Positions 15,640 to 30,224 of a DNA stretch of 64,000 nucleotides are shown here, piece by piece (the first letter of the stretch is position 1; every line of letters begins with the position of its first letter). This DNA comes from the human T2T-CHM13v2.0 reference genome, Homo sapiens, in the NCBI RefSeq assembly GCF_009914755.1, contig NC_060925.1; one strand, 5' to 3'. A program made the translations under genes and the position numbers. Below the pieces are notes generated by a model, which saw nothing but the letters and a program-made list of their open reading frames with translations, made no database searches and was not told the origin of the DNA.

Positions 15640-17796
15640 CCCAGATTGAGGGAATCTAAATATGAATTGAATTTCAAGTTGTTTTAGGTAATTATTATTT
15701 TCTTAGGTGATAATATTGTGGTTATCTGACTATTTTATTCCTGAGATACTTGCTGAAGGATCTGTTCATGATAAATAAAACTCACTTTCAAATTGTACAG
15801 CAAAGGTACACACACAAAGGACATAAAGTCAATAAACAAAATATCAGCAATCATTGTATCTCAGTGATAGTTACATATGTGTTCCTTAAATTTTTCTGCA
15901 TGTTTCAAAATCTTCATATAAAAGTTGGGGAAAAAAATATGTAAACTTCAACCTAAGCTAATACGATATTATCTAGAAAGATGCTCCAGGACTACCAGTT
16001 TTAATAGTATTATCTATATATCAAACCATTTGAAAATTACTCAAATTTATTTTTTATGTAATTCATACATCCTGCCCTTGCACTGTTAATGTATAATGTT
16101 AATAAAGGGCATGCTAAGTAAAACATTAACTTTGAGTTAACCCTTTTTGAAATACAACCAATTTTAAATTAGTAAAGTCCAGGCTGATATATAATAGTTT
16201 GACATTATTAACAAGATACTTTGTTTTTACTTTTTTGAACCAAGCTGAAAAATTGTTAAATAATTTAAGCCTAGAAGTCATTTCACAATTCATACTGGAG
16301 TAGCTAGTAAGGTTTTCATTGGCTAGGGGCCATGAGAGTTATGCAGCACAGAATATAGTCCTGCTCTCATGGAGGTTATAATCTAGTTGGGGAGACAAAA
16401 CTGAACCTAAGTAAGACTATTAGGGGATAATAAAATTCAGTTATTAAATACTACATACTGTATGCATTCTTAAAAAGACATCCATGAGTAGCTGAAGAGT
16501 TCAGGAAGGCAGCAATTATTTTTCATGCCATTTAGGCAGATGCAGAAAGACAAAAAAAAATGGAAAGAACTGTTTTAAATGGGAAAGTGTATTAAGGTTT
16601 AAATGTAAAGTCTTCTTCTAGAAGTCAAACTGCAAAAACAACCCAAGCCCACTTTCTTTCCTTGACCTCAAATCTGATGATTTACTGTAGTAGATAAGCT
16701 TCAGACACTTGCCCAAGCACAAGTCCTTTTCCAAATGTGCATCTTACAGCCTCATTTTAGGGGACAGGCTTAGACGGCCACATTCATCCCTAGCAACCCC
16801 TACCATTAGCTACAGAGCTAGGAGTAGGTATTTGATACTGAAAAGATTTTACATAAAACAGTATTCCGCACAGGAATATAAGGGCATGTGTAAGTTGGGT
16901 CTACAGCGGGTGCTATGGCTAAACAAAGCAATATGAAAGCAAGAACTACAAACAAAAAGCTTTTTTTAAAAAAAAAAAAGTGGATCCACAGAAAAGACAA
17001 TGGACTATTAAGTGTAGACAGAAGATAAGTGAGAGACCACAAAGCCAGAGTGAATATGAGAGAATAAGACCTCCCTGATTCCCATGAAACCATTGTACTT
17101 CCTACACTTAATTGAGCTTCATGAGCTTTTACTTTATCCCCAAAATAATGCGCTTTCTTCAATGAGTTTCTGTATTCTGCAAATAAATGATCTCTAAGAC
17201 GTTTACATGGTATAAAACAGTTATACATTTGTTTTTGTAAATTGACAGCATTTTAATATTATACATGTTGTTTACTGGAACTAGCTGAGGGTTCCTCCTA
17301 CACTTTGCAAAGCCAAATTTACCAATTTTCAACATTTAATCAGTTCCAGAAATACTGGATTATCTCTACAGCAACTTTAGCATCCAAAATATCTCAGCCC
17401 ACATTAAATCAGTCATGTCAATTCTACCTCCTTCTTATCTCATTCTAGCCTTTCCTGGGCTCTGTGGTCTTATGGTGTTGATCACTACCCACCTAATCTC
17501 CCTGCCTTATTTCACCACTAACCCCTCCCACTACAGTTTGACCCCAAACTAGAGCTAAAGCATTATTTCTAAAATGCAAACCCCGGCAACAGAATCCTAC
17601 CCCGACAATTAACATACAGTCCTACCCTGGTAAATACCATGTAATCATTTAAAAAATGACATGATGATCTGTAAATCTTTAAAAGATTTAAAAGATAGCA
17701 ATCTCTGGCAAAGGGATATACAAATTTAAAAATAATAATAAATGCTACCTAAAAACTTCTGTATAACAGAGGTGGCAAACTCAAACATCTAAAGAA

Positions 17797-17976
17797 GCAC
17801 CATACAACAGACCTTTCTACAATGATAAAAATGTTCATGTCTGCACTGTCCAATAAGGTAGCCCCTACATGTGGCTACTGAGCATTTGAAATGTGACTGG
17901 TGCATCTGAGGAATGAAATTTTTAACTCAGTTAAATGGCCATATGTGGCTAGTGTCTACTGTATCGCACAGTACAG
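17797..17976. mobile_element. MER3-like hAT MITE
   Basis: gcactgtccaata...catgtggctactgagcatttgaaatgtg...atatgtggctagtg. Confidence 0.7.
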
Positions 17977-18567
17977 GTTTGTAGGGTCCAGGCAAGTGAA
18001 TATCAGCAAAGTGATACTGATGTGAATGCAGATTCATGACCATCTAAAGGAGGTGCAAACAGTTATGATGGAATTTGAACTTGCTGTGGCCAAATGATTC
18101 AAAACTTTTAAGTAAAGCCAGAATTTCAGATTTTAGGTGAAATTTATCAATTTTTAAATGTTGGCAATGAACTTAAAAAATTTTAACGACCTTAATCAAA
18201 CATTCAGATTTTGTATTTTTGACCTCTGAACTGTATTATTATTCATTCATTCTGAAAATGTTTAATGAGTGCCCACTAAATGCTACGCACCATAATGGAT
18301 GCTAGAGATACTGCAGAGAACAAAACAGATTTTAAAAAACCCTCCCCAATTTGCAAAAATAGTAATGAGAAAATATGCTAGTATATACAAAAATAAATCT
18401 GAAAAAAGATACACCAAACTATTCACAATTATTTTGAATGGCAGAATGGTGGTTAAGAGGGATTATTAGTATTTTCACCTTATATATTTCTGTGCAGTTC
18501 AAATTTCTACAGGATGTATTATTACTTTTTTAAACCTCCACTCAGGCAACTATTTCTGTAATTCCCA

Positions 18568-19009
18568 TTGTTTTTCTTTTCTTTTCGAGACAGGGTCTCA
18601 CTTTGTCGTTGTCCAGGCTGGAGTGCAGTGGTGCCACCTCGGCTCACTGCAACCTCGCCTCTTGGGTTCAAGCAATTCTCGTGCCTCAGTCTCCTCAGTA
18701 GCTGGGATTACAAGCATGCATTACCATATCTGGCTAATTTTTGTATTTTTAGTAGAGACAGGGTTTCGGCAAATTGCCCAGGCTAGTCTCGAACTCCTGG
18801 CCTCAAGTGATCTGCTCACCTCGGTCTCCCAAAGTGTTGGGATTATAGGCCTGAGCCACCGCACCTGGCCAGCCCAGCTAATTTTTTAATTTTTTTCTGT
18901 AGACACGGTGTGTCACTATGTTGCCCAGGCTGGTTTTTAACTCCTGGGCTCAACTGATCATACTGCACTGCGAAGTGTTGGGATTACAGTCATGAGCCAC
19001 CACGCCTGG
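18568..19009 (-). mobile_element. Full Alu (18568-18870) abutting an older Alu left-arm fragment (18871-19009)
   Basis: Two successive reverse-Alu 5' ends (cacctggcc at 18870, cgcctgg at 19009). Confidence 0.8.
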
Positions 19010-20089
19010 ACTTTCGTTGGTTTTCCATGGCTTCCACAAACTCCTTCATATGGCGAACCAGGCCCTCCTACTACTTCTCCAGGCACCTTCCCCAACCCTC
19101 CTTCACCCATTCCTAAATTCCAAACTCCCTGATTTACTTACACCCCACAGAAAAAGAAAGCTCTCATCTCTATGTCTATGCACATCTATTCACACTGCTT
19201 AGCTCTGCTCATGACAAGCAAACTCCTTCTCATTTCTCATGACTTGTGTAAACATTTTAAAAGAATCCTATTGACACAGAAGGTATAAGCAAAAGCCCCA
19301 ACACTACACATATTTAATTAAAACCATTATCATTTCTATCACTGACAACCAAGTGTCGTTTTGAATAGAAACAGTGCCTGATATTTTGTAATACCCGGTT
19401 TATCCTGAAGAAAGGGTAAAGAATGAGGGAAGAAATCTATTAATGCATTTTCAAGGAGCCAATCACTAGACTACAGAGCACACAAGAAAAAAAAAATCAG
19501 GGCTGACATATTCTCTTCAAAGAGCTGTGGCAGGTCAACAAACATAGCTGGCAGACTTCTAGGATAACAAAATTAATGATGTGAGAAAATTAAACAATTT
19601 GGATTGTTAGCCTCTACGAACATTTCAGATCCTTAATTCTTTAAGTACCATCTCCGAATGAGCAAGTGCAGCACTCACTGGCACTCACAGCTGAAGCCTG
19701 GAAGACAGTTTTAACAACTCTTGCTGAAAATGACTATTTCTTCTCTAGTTTCTATGGAAACAGCTGTCAGATTGGCAAAAATAGGACATGTACTTTAAAA
19801 TAATCATTCAAGCAAAGTACACACATGATGGAAGGCTTTAAAAAAGAATTGGACGGCAGCAGACTTGGTTCTTAAGATTCCAAATGTCAGACTACACCCC
19901 TTCACCCCGGCTGAGAATGACGGAGATGAACCTAAATCCTTTTAGCGAGGGTTGCACGACCTTGATCAACGCCTGAATGCCAAATAAGGGATTTTCATCT
20001 CCCTGGACTACAATTTCTTGTTGAGGATTGCACGGCACAATAAAACTGTTGCTCCACACACAGGCGACATTTAAACAGTATACAGTGAG

Positions 20090-21050
20090 TTCTGTAGACG
20101 AGTTTACGAGGAAATTGTTAAAACTCCCCGGAACTGCTTAGACGGGGAATGTTCTGGTTTGCCCTGCCGAGTTTAGGCTGGAAAACGTGTTCAGTTTCTC
20201 CTGAAGAGGGAAGGGGTGAAAGAGACGGATGCCCGACGCGCCGGGAGGCGGTCCCCTCTGGCAGAGGTGCCGGGTGAGGAGCCCGAAGTCACGCGGGTGA
20301 GAAACCCTGCTCTGAAAGCGGAGCCGCGGATAAGGGCGGGCTGAGGGGGAGGGCAGGCGGCCCACGAAAGTACTGCCACGGGGCAGACACACGGGGTCAC
20401 CGGCGTGCCCCGGGCAAGGCTAGGGGAGAACCGGGCTCCCCCAGGACAGATCCCCTCCGTCTCCCGCCCCGGCGCCCCCCGCCCCTCCCCTCCACGCAGC
20501 CTTATCGCCCACCCACGCCTCCTCCCGTACCCCCATCCCCAAGGATCCCCACTCCTTGCCCGGGCGCCCCCGCAGGCGCTCTGCGCTCCGCCCCCTCCCC
20601 ACTGCCGCACTCTGCCTCCTCCCCTGGGCACGATCCTACTCGGAAAAGCTGGGGAAAAGCGTCACCGTGAGGACTGACTCAAGCAGAAGCGAAAGCGGTG
20701 ACACCGCCGACCCGACCTATGCGCAGGCGCGCACTCGCACTTCCTGCCCGCCATACCGGCCGGGGCGCCCTTCGCTCCGCCCACACCCGGCAGTCAATAC
20801 AGCCGCCCAGAGTCGTTCTCCCAGCTGCCCCGGGCCCCGCGGAGACTGTGGCGCTCTAGCGCCTCCGTGTGGCTTAAGGCGGGACATGGCCCTGGGCTGG
20901 GCTGCTTGCCTAGGAACAACTTTCTCCCGTCTTTGGTGAGTTGGGTCCTCTAAAGAATGATCCACGCAAGGCTGTGTCCGTTGTAGTCTCTACGGCAGTA
21001 CCGGCCAAAAGGGAAGAGACTCGAAGACTGCCAAAAGACGAAGGCTTCCT
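20090..21050. promoter_or_regulatory. OMA1: OMA1 CpG-island promoter
   Basis: Abrupt rise in GC and CpG; no TATA; NRF1-like TGCGCAGGCGCG 20720-20731, ETS/GABP ACTTCCTG 20739-20746, AP-1 TGACTCA 20675-20681. Confidence 0.9.
20666..20745 (-). other. OMA1: OMA1 non-coding exon 1 (TSS approximate)
   Basis: Candidate donor CACG|gtgacg at 20666/20665 just downstream of the NRF1/ETS core; alternatives TGA|gtcagt and CGA|gtagga cannot be excluded from sequence alone. Confidence 0.6.
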
Positions 21051-21471
21051 GGTTCTGAATCTGCATTCATAGAAATAGTCTTTGGAGTATGGGAACAGTG
21101 CTTTCATATGATTTTTGGAGGGACGCATTTTAAGAAAGATGAAGTATAATCTTAAGTGTCTGGAGGTTAAAGTAGCTGGCTCCAAAATTATGTGTATAGT
21201 ATGTTTCATTCATTTCACCAAAACATATTTCTTGAGCATCAACTACATTTTAAGTGCCAAGGATGTAGCAGTGAACAAGACAGACCTGAATTTCGTGAAC
21301 TTTATATCACAGTGAGGAAAGACAGGCGATTAAAAAAAAGTGTACAAATAAACACAAATAAATAAAAGTGTACAAATAAGCCAGTACAAATAAACACTGG
21401 ATTGTGATGGATGAGTAGTGAGGTCTCATATTAGTTTATTATGTTTACACTCTGTGCACAATGAAAACATC

Positions 21472-21513
21472 TCAAAGGACATAAACACTATGTCAAAGGA
21501 CATAAACACTATG
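21472..21513. repeat. Perfect 21-bp tandem duplication
   Basis: TCAAAGGACATAAACACTATG x2 (21472-21492, 21493-21513). Confidence 0.95.
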
Positions 21514-21599
21514 AACAATTTTAGGTATCTCTTTTGGAAAATTTGTAAGTTACTGTTTCGTTTATCTTATGTGTATTTTATGATTTGCCTTTTACTTTG

Positions 21600-24587
21600 A
21601 AAGGGATATCCTGGAAAACCCCTGACAACTGGACCCCTAAAAACTGAAGTAGGAGGTCCTTCAGTCTTCGTAGGGTTTATCTCCCAAACTCTGGAGTGCA
21701 CATGTCTTACCAAAGTTTCCAGCATGCTAGCCACCTCTTGCTCATCTTGCCTGGTTAGCATAATGTCATTGGTGAAATAGATGGGTGTGATGTTCTCTGG
21801 AATTTCCAGTTGATCCAGCTCCTTTTGGACTGCGCAGAGCCATTATGTCATTATCCTGGGTCCACCTGATTTCCAAAGGGGCCAGACTGGCAAGTTAAGT
21901 AGAGATATGGCAGGGATGACCAACCACTCTTGTATATTTTAGGTCTTTAATTATGACATTAATCTCCACCATCATCTCACTATCCCCTCAGATGAAATAT
22001 CGGTTTTGATTTATTATCTTCACTTGGAAAGAAGGACAGCTTCAGAGGCTTCCCATTGGCTTTCCCCACCATGATAACTCAAGACCAAGGACCCTGAGCT
22101 TCTTACCAATGTGGAGATTGCTCCAGCTGCCCAATATGTACTCCCAATTATGCACTCAGGAACTAAGAAAATGACTACTGGATGGGTCAGTGTATTCCTG
22201 GACCCACTGTAAGCTGGACATTATCCAGGACTCTGCTTATTACCTGATCCCCATAAGCCCCCACACTTAGAGAGGAGCCATGTGTGTTACATACTTTGGG
22301 TAACACCTGTGAAATGTCTGGGTATTCCTCTTTCCTCAACATAAAATCAGTCAAGAAAATGGCCGTGGGACACAGACCAAAGAGTAATCATTAATTACAG
22401 TAAATATTTGTTTCAGTATTGCAGGATTCTTCTTTATAGGGACCCAACAACCTCTTAAGTCAACAGATTCTGTGGTCTCAGTGTGAAGATAGGCTCAGGT
22501 CTGAGACTTGAGCAATGAGCAGTGCCTTTTATTAAGCAACTACTCCCTGCATAGGATAAATAGCTTCTTGTCTTCCTCCAGTTGTAGATGTTAGGCAACA
22601 CTCTTGTTGGCTGCCCGTCTGTTTTTCCCCTAGGGATACCTTATGCTATTAAAGCCCTCCACAACCTCCTGTGGATCAAGCCCCGTTGGCTGCTCCTCTG
22701 CCCTTGGCAGGTGTTACAGTAATTACATCTTCTGGGGTCCTCATGGTTAAAGCCACCACCTGGCTTCTACTACTTCAGGATCCTGTTATCCCAATGGATA
22801 TTATCAAGCCCAGCCCTGTGATTGCCTCTCCTACCGTCAGCCCTTCCCTCCAGAGGAGAGCCTTCTCTGAACTTCTTAGTGATGCTAGTGCCCCTCACGC
22901 CAGTGCATTCCCCATGGCCATAGAATATGATGCATCCTCTGGGCCTCCCATGGAACATTCCCCTCTGTCTGCCTTCAGGCTCTACACACAAAAAAAATTC
23001 ATTCAGGCAAGTCCACTTCCCTCAGCTCCTCTGTCCTTCTACCATTTGCAAGGGCAATTCGGGCATTCCTGCTTTACTCTGCATGCACTATGGCTTTCTC
23101 TCAGCTTCTAATAGTCACCTAGCAGTGAGTTTACCCATCTTCTACAGTCCCAAGTCCCAAGAAAGTGCCCCCAAGACAATGAATTTTTATTTAGCCAGGC
23201 TTGTTCTGGAATAGGAATTAAAAGAAATTAAAGAATGTGTAAACAGAAACTCAGTTCTATGTAAGAAAACCCACCTCCCCCCGAGAAGAGCTCTTTCTCT
23301 TTAAATATTAACTGCCTGTTTTTCTGTGGCTAGTGAGCCTTATCTCTCCCTTTCCCAGGCATTGTAAAGACCCTGTTTCTTTAGCTGTGCGCTGCAAGGT
23401 CACTAGACAGATAAACTCAAGCCATTAAGACACGTTTTTCCTTGAAAAGTAAGAAATGATGTAATGCATGCCTCAATTAATTAAATAACTGTCTTTGTTT
23501 CTTGCTTCTGTAACATGCTTCTCCCTGCACAGATCTCCCCCAACCCCATAAAATGCTTAAAAGGTAACTTGACTCTTTGTTCGGGGCTCAGTCCTTTGGA
23601 TGTTAATCCGACTGGGCCGGTGCACCTAAATAATAAATCCTCCTCAACCTCTTGGTATCTCTGATTCCTTATCAATCCCGCCACAGTTCCTGCCCACTTT
23701 GATCAAGCACCTTCAGAAATCCCATTCCAGGGGTCCTCTCCTGGCTCCTGCTGGTACACGCTAGGTAGTTCCTTTAGCTCCTACATTATGCAATCTTCCT
23801 CCCCACACCTTTACAGGCCCAACACACAGGCAGCTGGGTGATGCTGGAATTTAACCTGAGTTATCACCCTGGCAGATATCTAAGAGGAGATGGGGCAGGT
23901 CCTGAGTGGGCACCTATTTATTCCTTACGCTAGAGGCTTCAACACTGCCTTCCCACTTAAGGGAAGTGTTAGCTTTGACTAGGGAAGGGTCAGCCACCTC
24001 TGCAAGCTCTGAGGATCTGCAGTCAGTATCCTCAGGGATTCTATCAGGATGTCCCATTTCATGCTTCAAGATTCCAGATTTTCCCAACCAGGGCCCAGAC
24101 CTGCCTTGGCTAAGCGTTTAAACATCTCTGGGGCTCTACAACTCTTTTCATGAAAATCTCTTTTGCTCCTCTGCTGTCCACACTCCTCCACTGCAGGTGA
24201 TAAGAGCCTGTCTGTTACCTACCAAGGAGACCTCTGACTCCCACTCAGCCTTAACTGTTTACAAATGACCCTCACTTTCTCATTATCCCAGGGCATCAAC
24301 ACAATGTAGCAATAACCAGCCCACTGCACTGTTCTTTCAGACACTGCTCCCTCCATCTTTCAAGTGCATTAACTATCTCACCTAAATGGCATTGCCCTCC
24401 ACTGGGCCAGTGTCCCAGGTCGCCATCAATGAAATCCACACGGGGGCCACTATCTTGTGCCAGACACTATCCAAGACCCCACATTCCACTCAAGATGGAG
24501 TTCTTGTAGCCAGTTGGGCAATTAATGAGCCACTCTCAGAGCTGATCTTACCATCTTCTTCTCAGATCACCCCACTTCTAGTCCACC
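21600..24587 (-). mobile_element. Decayed ERVL-class internal region (ERV3-16A3/HERV16-like gag-pro-pol remnant)
   Basis: Minus strand reads IYFTNDIMLTRQDEQEVASMLETLVRHVHSRVWEINPTK (HERV-L RT ...HYIDDIML...EQEVA...WEINPTK) near 21670-21780 and GAYGDQVISRVLDNVQLTVGP/HPVVIFLVPECIIG (ERVL protease region) near 22140-22265; tRNA-Leu-type PBS at ~24570-24586. Confidence 0.85.
23207..23685 (+). mobile_element. ERV1-class solo LTR nested in the ERVL remnant (subfamily not assigned)
   Basis: TG...CA termini, 4-bp TSD GTTC (23203-23206, 23686-23689), AATAAA near 23632. Confidence 0.85.
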
Positions 24588-25032
24588 TGTATCAACAGGC
24601 CCTCTAAAAAGCAGATGCCAGGGTGGAATCAGATGTGCAAGACATATTTACTGCGTGGAAAATCCTGGGAAGGATAATGGAGCAGGAGCAGGAATAGACA
24701 GGAAGGGCCCTCAGATCATGACACTGGTTAAAGGAGAGAGGGAAAGAAGAAAGACTGGATTAGAAGCACCTCAGGTTGTAGCACAGTTCTAAGAAGGTTT
24801 TGAAAATGAGGAGTCCTTAGGCCAAAATTGCCTGCTTAGAGGAGTTCCATATTTTGCAGAGATGGGCATCCACTAGTGTTCACACCATGCGTTATCATTG
24901 GCTAAGAGCAGTCTATGGGGAGCATGCGCTTGTTACAAATGGAGTTGGGGAGCCAGAAGGTCAGGGGCAGGGCCTGGCAGTCAACTATGCTCCCCAGAGC
25001 AGATCTGAGCGGCACATTTTCCCGGTCACGGC
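24588..25032 (-). mobile_element. LTR16A-like 5' LTR of the ERVL remnant
   Basis: aagcagatgcca...gatgtgcaagaca...ggagagagggaaagaag matches reverse LTR16A; adjoins the PBS. Confidence 0.75.
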
Positions 25033-25119
25033 TGCTGGAGGATTTAGAGTTTGAATAAGTCTTCTGTTCTGGCTGTACATCTTCTTTGTGCTGCCCTTTA
25101 AGCAATTTTTTAATCAACG

Positions 25120-25477
25120 TGCTATGGACTGAATGTTTGTATCCCTCTGAAATTCATATGTTGACCCCTAAATTCCCAATATTACAGTATTTGGAAATGG
25201 GGGCCTTTAGGAGGTAATTAGGTCATGGGGGTGGAGCTCTCATGAATGAGATTCAAGTCTGTAAGGAGATAAAGGGATCAGAGAGCTCCCACTCTGCCAC
25301 GTGAGGATAAAACAAGACAGCTGTTCGTACACGAGGAAGAGGGTCCTCACAAAATCCAACCATGCTGGCATCTTCATTTCAGACTTTCAGCTTCCCAAAC
25401 TGTAAGAAAAAATAGTTTGTTGCTGAAGCCAGTCAGTCTATAGTACTTTGTTGTAGCAACCTGAACTGACTGAGACA
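25120..25477 (+). mobile_element. MLT1A-like MaLR solo LTR
   Basis: tgctatggactgaatgtttgt...ctgaactgactgagaca. Confidence 0.85.
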
Positions 25478-25794
25478 CATGATCAGATTCCATTCTCAGA
25501 ACCAACCTTCCAACCAAGCAATATTGATTTGCTACACTTAAAAGTTTGGCTTTTGTCAAATTTCCAAAGCTATTTACCCCGTCTGAATTCAGAGGATTGA
25601 CATGAATAATTTCCTTTGGATATGCCCTTGGGAAAAGGGCTTCATTTTAAGCACAGCTTAATGAGGTGTAAGAAGCTTTTGAAGGTGTTCTTTACAGAGT
25701 ATTCATGGTAGGAGGGTTGCTTGAAGGGTCACACTGAAGACTGTGTCCCGTGACAGCATCACTGAAGTTTGACTTTGGATGTAACACTGAAAGT

Positions 25795-26783
<989 letters not shown>

Positions 26784-27639
26784 ATTCAGTCTTCTCCAGT
26801 GGAAAACTATATTAAATGCCATGACACAGAAAGACATTCATTCACACCTCCTATAGAAAGTGCTGGATGCTGAATACTGAGTTAAAGAAGAGAGTGACTC
26901 TGAAGAATTATGAGGCATGGCTTGTCTTATAACAGGTTTAGACAGAAGTTCAACAGACAACAATCAGGCCTCTGATGATATAGATTCAGAATGAGAACCA
27001 GGTGAAACAGCCACAGGATTTGATGAGGGTCACGTACTTGGAAGGCTGCAATGTATGGGTGGCACCTTGACTGAAGTGGCCTTTCGTTTTTCTTGAATAT
27101 GTGCCAGGCATGACTGTCCAAAAGGGTTGAAATTGTGAATTTGAAATCACTCCAACACAGAGAATTTCAGCATCTTCATTGAAACGTTCTACTCCAACAA
27201 AAATCAGCTCAGTGCTTACTTCAACCACAGTTGACTTCTTTTTCTTTCTTGTGTCATCCTAGCCCTTCTTCCCACATAACATGAATAAATCTGCCATTTT
27301 AAAGTTAATTTTTTGCTTGAAGAGAATGGTCACACCAAGTTCCAGTGTGTTATTTTTACGAATTGCCATCTAAATTATTAGTGCACTAGTATCCTGACTG
27401 GTCTCCCTGTCTCCAGCCTCGTTCCTCTTGTCTATACTGCAGCCACCAGGACCCAGCTCCTGAAATTGGGTGTGGGATAATTCAGTATGGCTCAGCGAGC
27501 TCCATGCAGGGCCATGGGGGAAGGTCTTACTGTGGACATGCCCTTGCTCACTCCCCAGAGATCAGTTCTTCAAAGATGCCAGATGAGCACTTTTCTAAGT
27601 GTCAGTGCAAACTATTATTTCTTTATTGCACAAGTGAAA

Positions 27640-28790
27640 TACTAATACCATAGAAAAGCAAAACAAAAAAGAGAAAAATCACCCTTAACCTCACTATCCC
27701 AAAATAACCACTGTTAACATTTTGATGCGTAACCCACTTGAAAAGCAAGATTTAAATTACCTTAAATATTTAAAACATTGATGAGATCAAAGCTTCCTCG
27801 TTGTTTTGATGTGTATTCCTTTGATTTATAATAATGTAAATGCTTTTTCATGCTTTTATGCTGTTTGGATTTCTTCTTTAGCAAATTGCCTGTTCATGCC
27901 CTTAACCCATTTTTCTGTAATATATTCATTTGTATCTTATAAACTTAAAACATTTTTTTATACATTTAAGAATTGTCTGTCATTTATGTAGCAAACATTT
28001 TCCCCACTTGAAGTTTGTCTTTCAACTTTGTTGATTCAGGTGAAAAATACACTTAATTGCTGAAATTTTGATACAGTCAAAAATATCCATCTTTTCATTA
28101 TGGTTTCTGCCTTCGAGATCATATCTACTGTCTGTCTCAAAATTAAGATTAAATATTTATCATTATTCTAGTACTTGAATGACTTTGTTCTTTCTTAAAT
28201 CTTTTAAAATATTTAATCTACCAGGAATTTATTTCAGCATAAAATAGGAGGAAAAAAAATAACCTAAAATATTTTCGGAATAATTAGGCCAGTGGAGCTT
28301 TTACAAAGGATGCATGCATGTGCCCTCCCCATGGTTAGGACCACCAAAGTAACTGCTGTCCCAACAATTAATTTAACATGTCCTGACTGACTTAAAGCAT
28401 CACTGTTACGATATGCTAAATTCCTGTAAATATCTACATATGTTTCTGCAGTTTCCCTTTTTTTCCTTGGTCTGACTGTTCTGGAGTTAGTGCATGATTC
28501 TTTCTATTTATTGTAACTTTGTAATATACATTTTATTTTCAAATATTGTCTGGCTCTTACACATTTGACCTTCAAGATGAACTTCTGAACAGTTTTTTTC
28601 CAGCTCCCTTCCTAAAAAAAAAGGAATTGGGATTTTTGATTCTGTTATTGTTGTTGTTTTTAATCTTGGATTCATTTGGGTGAGATGTATATCTTTGCAA
28701 TGTTGACTGTCAATCTAGGAAATATGTGCATCTCCATTTATCCAGGTCTTCTTTTATGTCTCTCCATAAAGTCTTACAGTTTTCTTATAT
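27640..28790 (-). mobile_element. Old L1ME-like fragment
   Basis: T-rich reverse L1 text (gcaaattgcctgttcatgccc, ttgggattttgatt); boundaries approximate. Confidence 0.6.
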
Positions 28791-28872
28791 GGGTCAAAGC
28801 AGTATATTTTTAAAAGGAACTATAAACTTTACTTCTTAGGATTATGGAATCTCAGCGCTTGAAAGGACTTAA

Positions 28873-29185
<313 letters not shown>

Positions 29186-30224
29186 TCAACACTCCCACCC
29201 CATCTGCTGCTGAGTCCCCATCTCAACCAAAGATATGTGGCATATTTTTAGTGGTTTTTTTTAACATAATGGTATCACACTATGAATATTTTCTGTAACT
29301 TCCAGGTTATCACTTGCACAACATGCCTTGGAGAAATGTCTTTATCAATACTTGTAGATCAATTTAATCCATTTTAAGCACCATAAGATGTCCTCTGGAA
29401 AAGATTTTGCATCATTTACTTTATTACTGTTGATGGACATTTAAACCATTTCTATCATTTTGCTCTCACAAACAACTCAGCTCATAACCTTGAGCTCTAA
29501 CTGAAGTAAGTCTCCAAATTCCTAGAGCACACACCACTGGGGGCACAGTTCCCCTCCTCATATATCACTACCAAGTGTTGTAATGCCTGTTCAAAGAAAG
29601 GCATTTGTTTACCTTTCCATGGAGTCTCAATTCTGTTCAACAAACATCTATTGCGCATGAATTATTTAGTAAGTACTGGGCTTTTTGTTTCTAATCACTA
29701 AGATTTATTTTTTAGGGAAATTTTAGGATCACAGCAACATTGAGCAGAAAGAGTGTTTTCATCTACTCCCTGTCCCTACATGGGCACAGCCTCCCCCACC
29801 ACCAAGAGTGGTACATTTGTTAAAATTAACATGCCATTATCACCCTAAGTCCGTAGTTTATATTACAGGCATTTTTAACACACTAATTTTGATACAATAA
29901 ACAAATCTATATATTCAATAATACTATGGAGGCTACACTATATGCCAGATACTCTACAGAAACTGGTGCTCCAGGGAAAATAGGAAATCCCCTACTCCTC
30001 CTCTCAACCTAAACAATTCCCAAAATAAAACATGGGTCATCACATCATGGTATCTATTTATTTATAAGCACAGGTGACTCTTCATCTATCAGATCACTAG
30101 ACCAGGTAGCAGATTTCCAAATAATTTGGATAACCTCTGGAATTTGAGGTATCCATGCTTAAATTTCCATGTTCTTATACATGTTACACTTTCTGTGTGT
30201 CTCCCAAGGAGACCTCCCTATTAG

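Noticed and set aside
20670-20690. Antioxidant response element in OMA1 exon 1
   Set aside because: TGACTCAAGC has the GC one base off the TGACnnnGC consensus; kept only as AP-1
20138-21209. Cluster of Pro/Arg/Gly-rich ORFs at the OMA1 promoter
   Set aside because: Low-complexity translations of a CpG island on both strands; no coding signature
22671-23214. 146-aa and 95-aa + strand ORFs
   Set aside because: Antisense to decayed ERVL gag-region sequence; no domesticated-gene features
26986-27228. 80-aa minus-strand ORF in apparently unique sequence
   Set aside because: GTG start, no family resemblance I can recognise, no supporting splice or promoter structure on that strand
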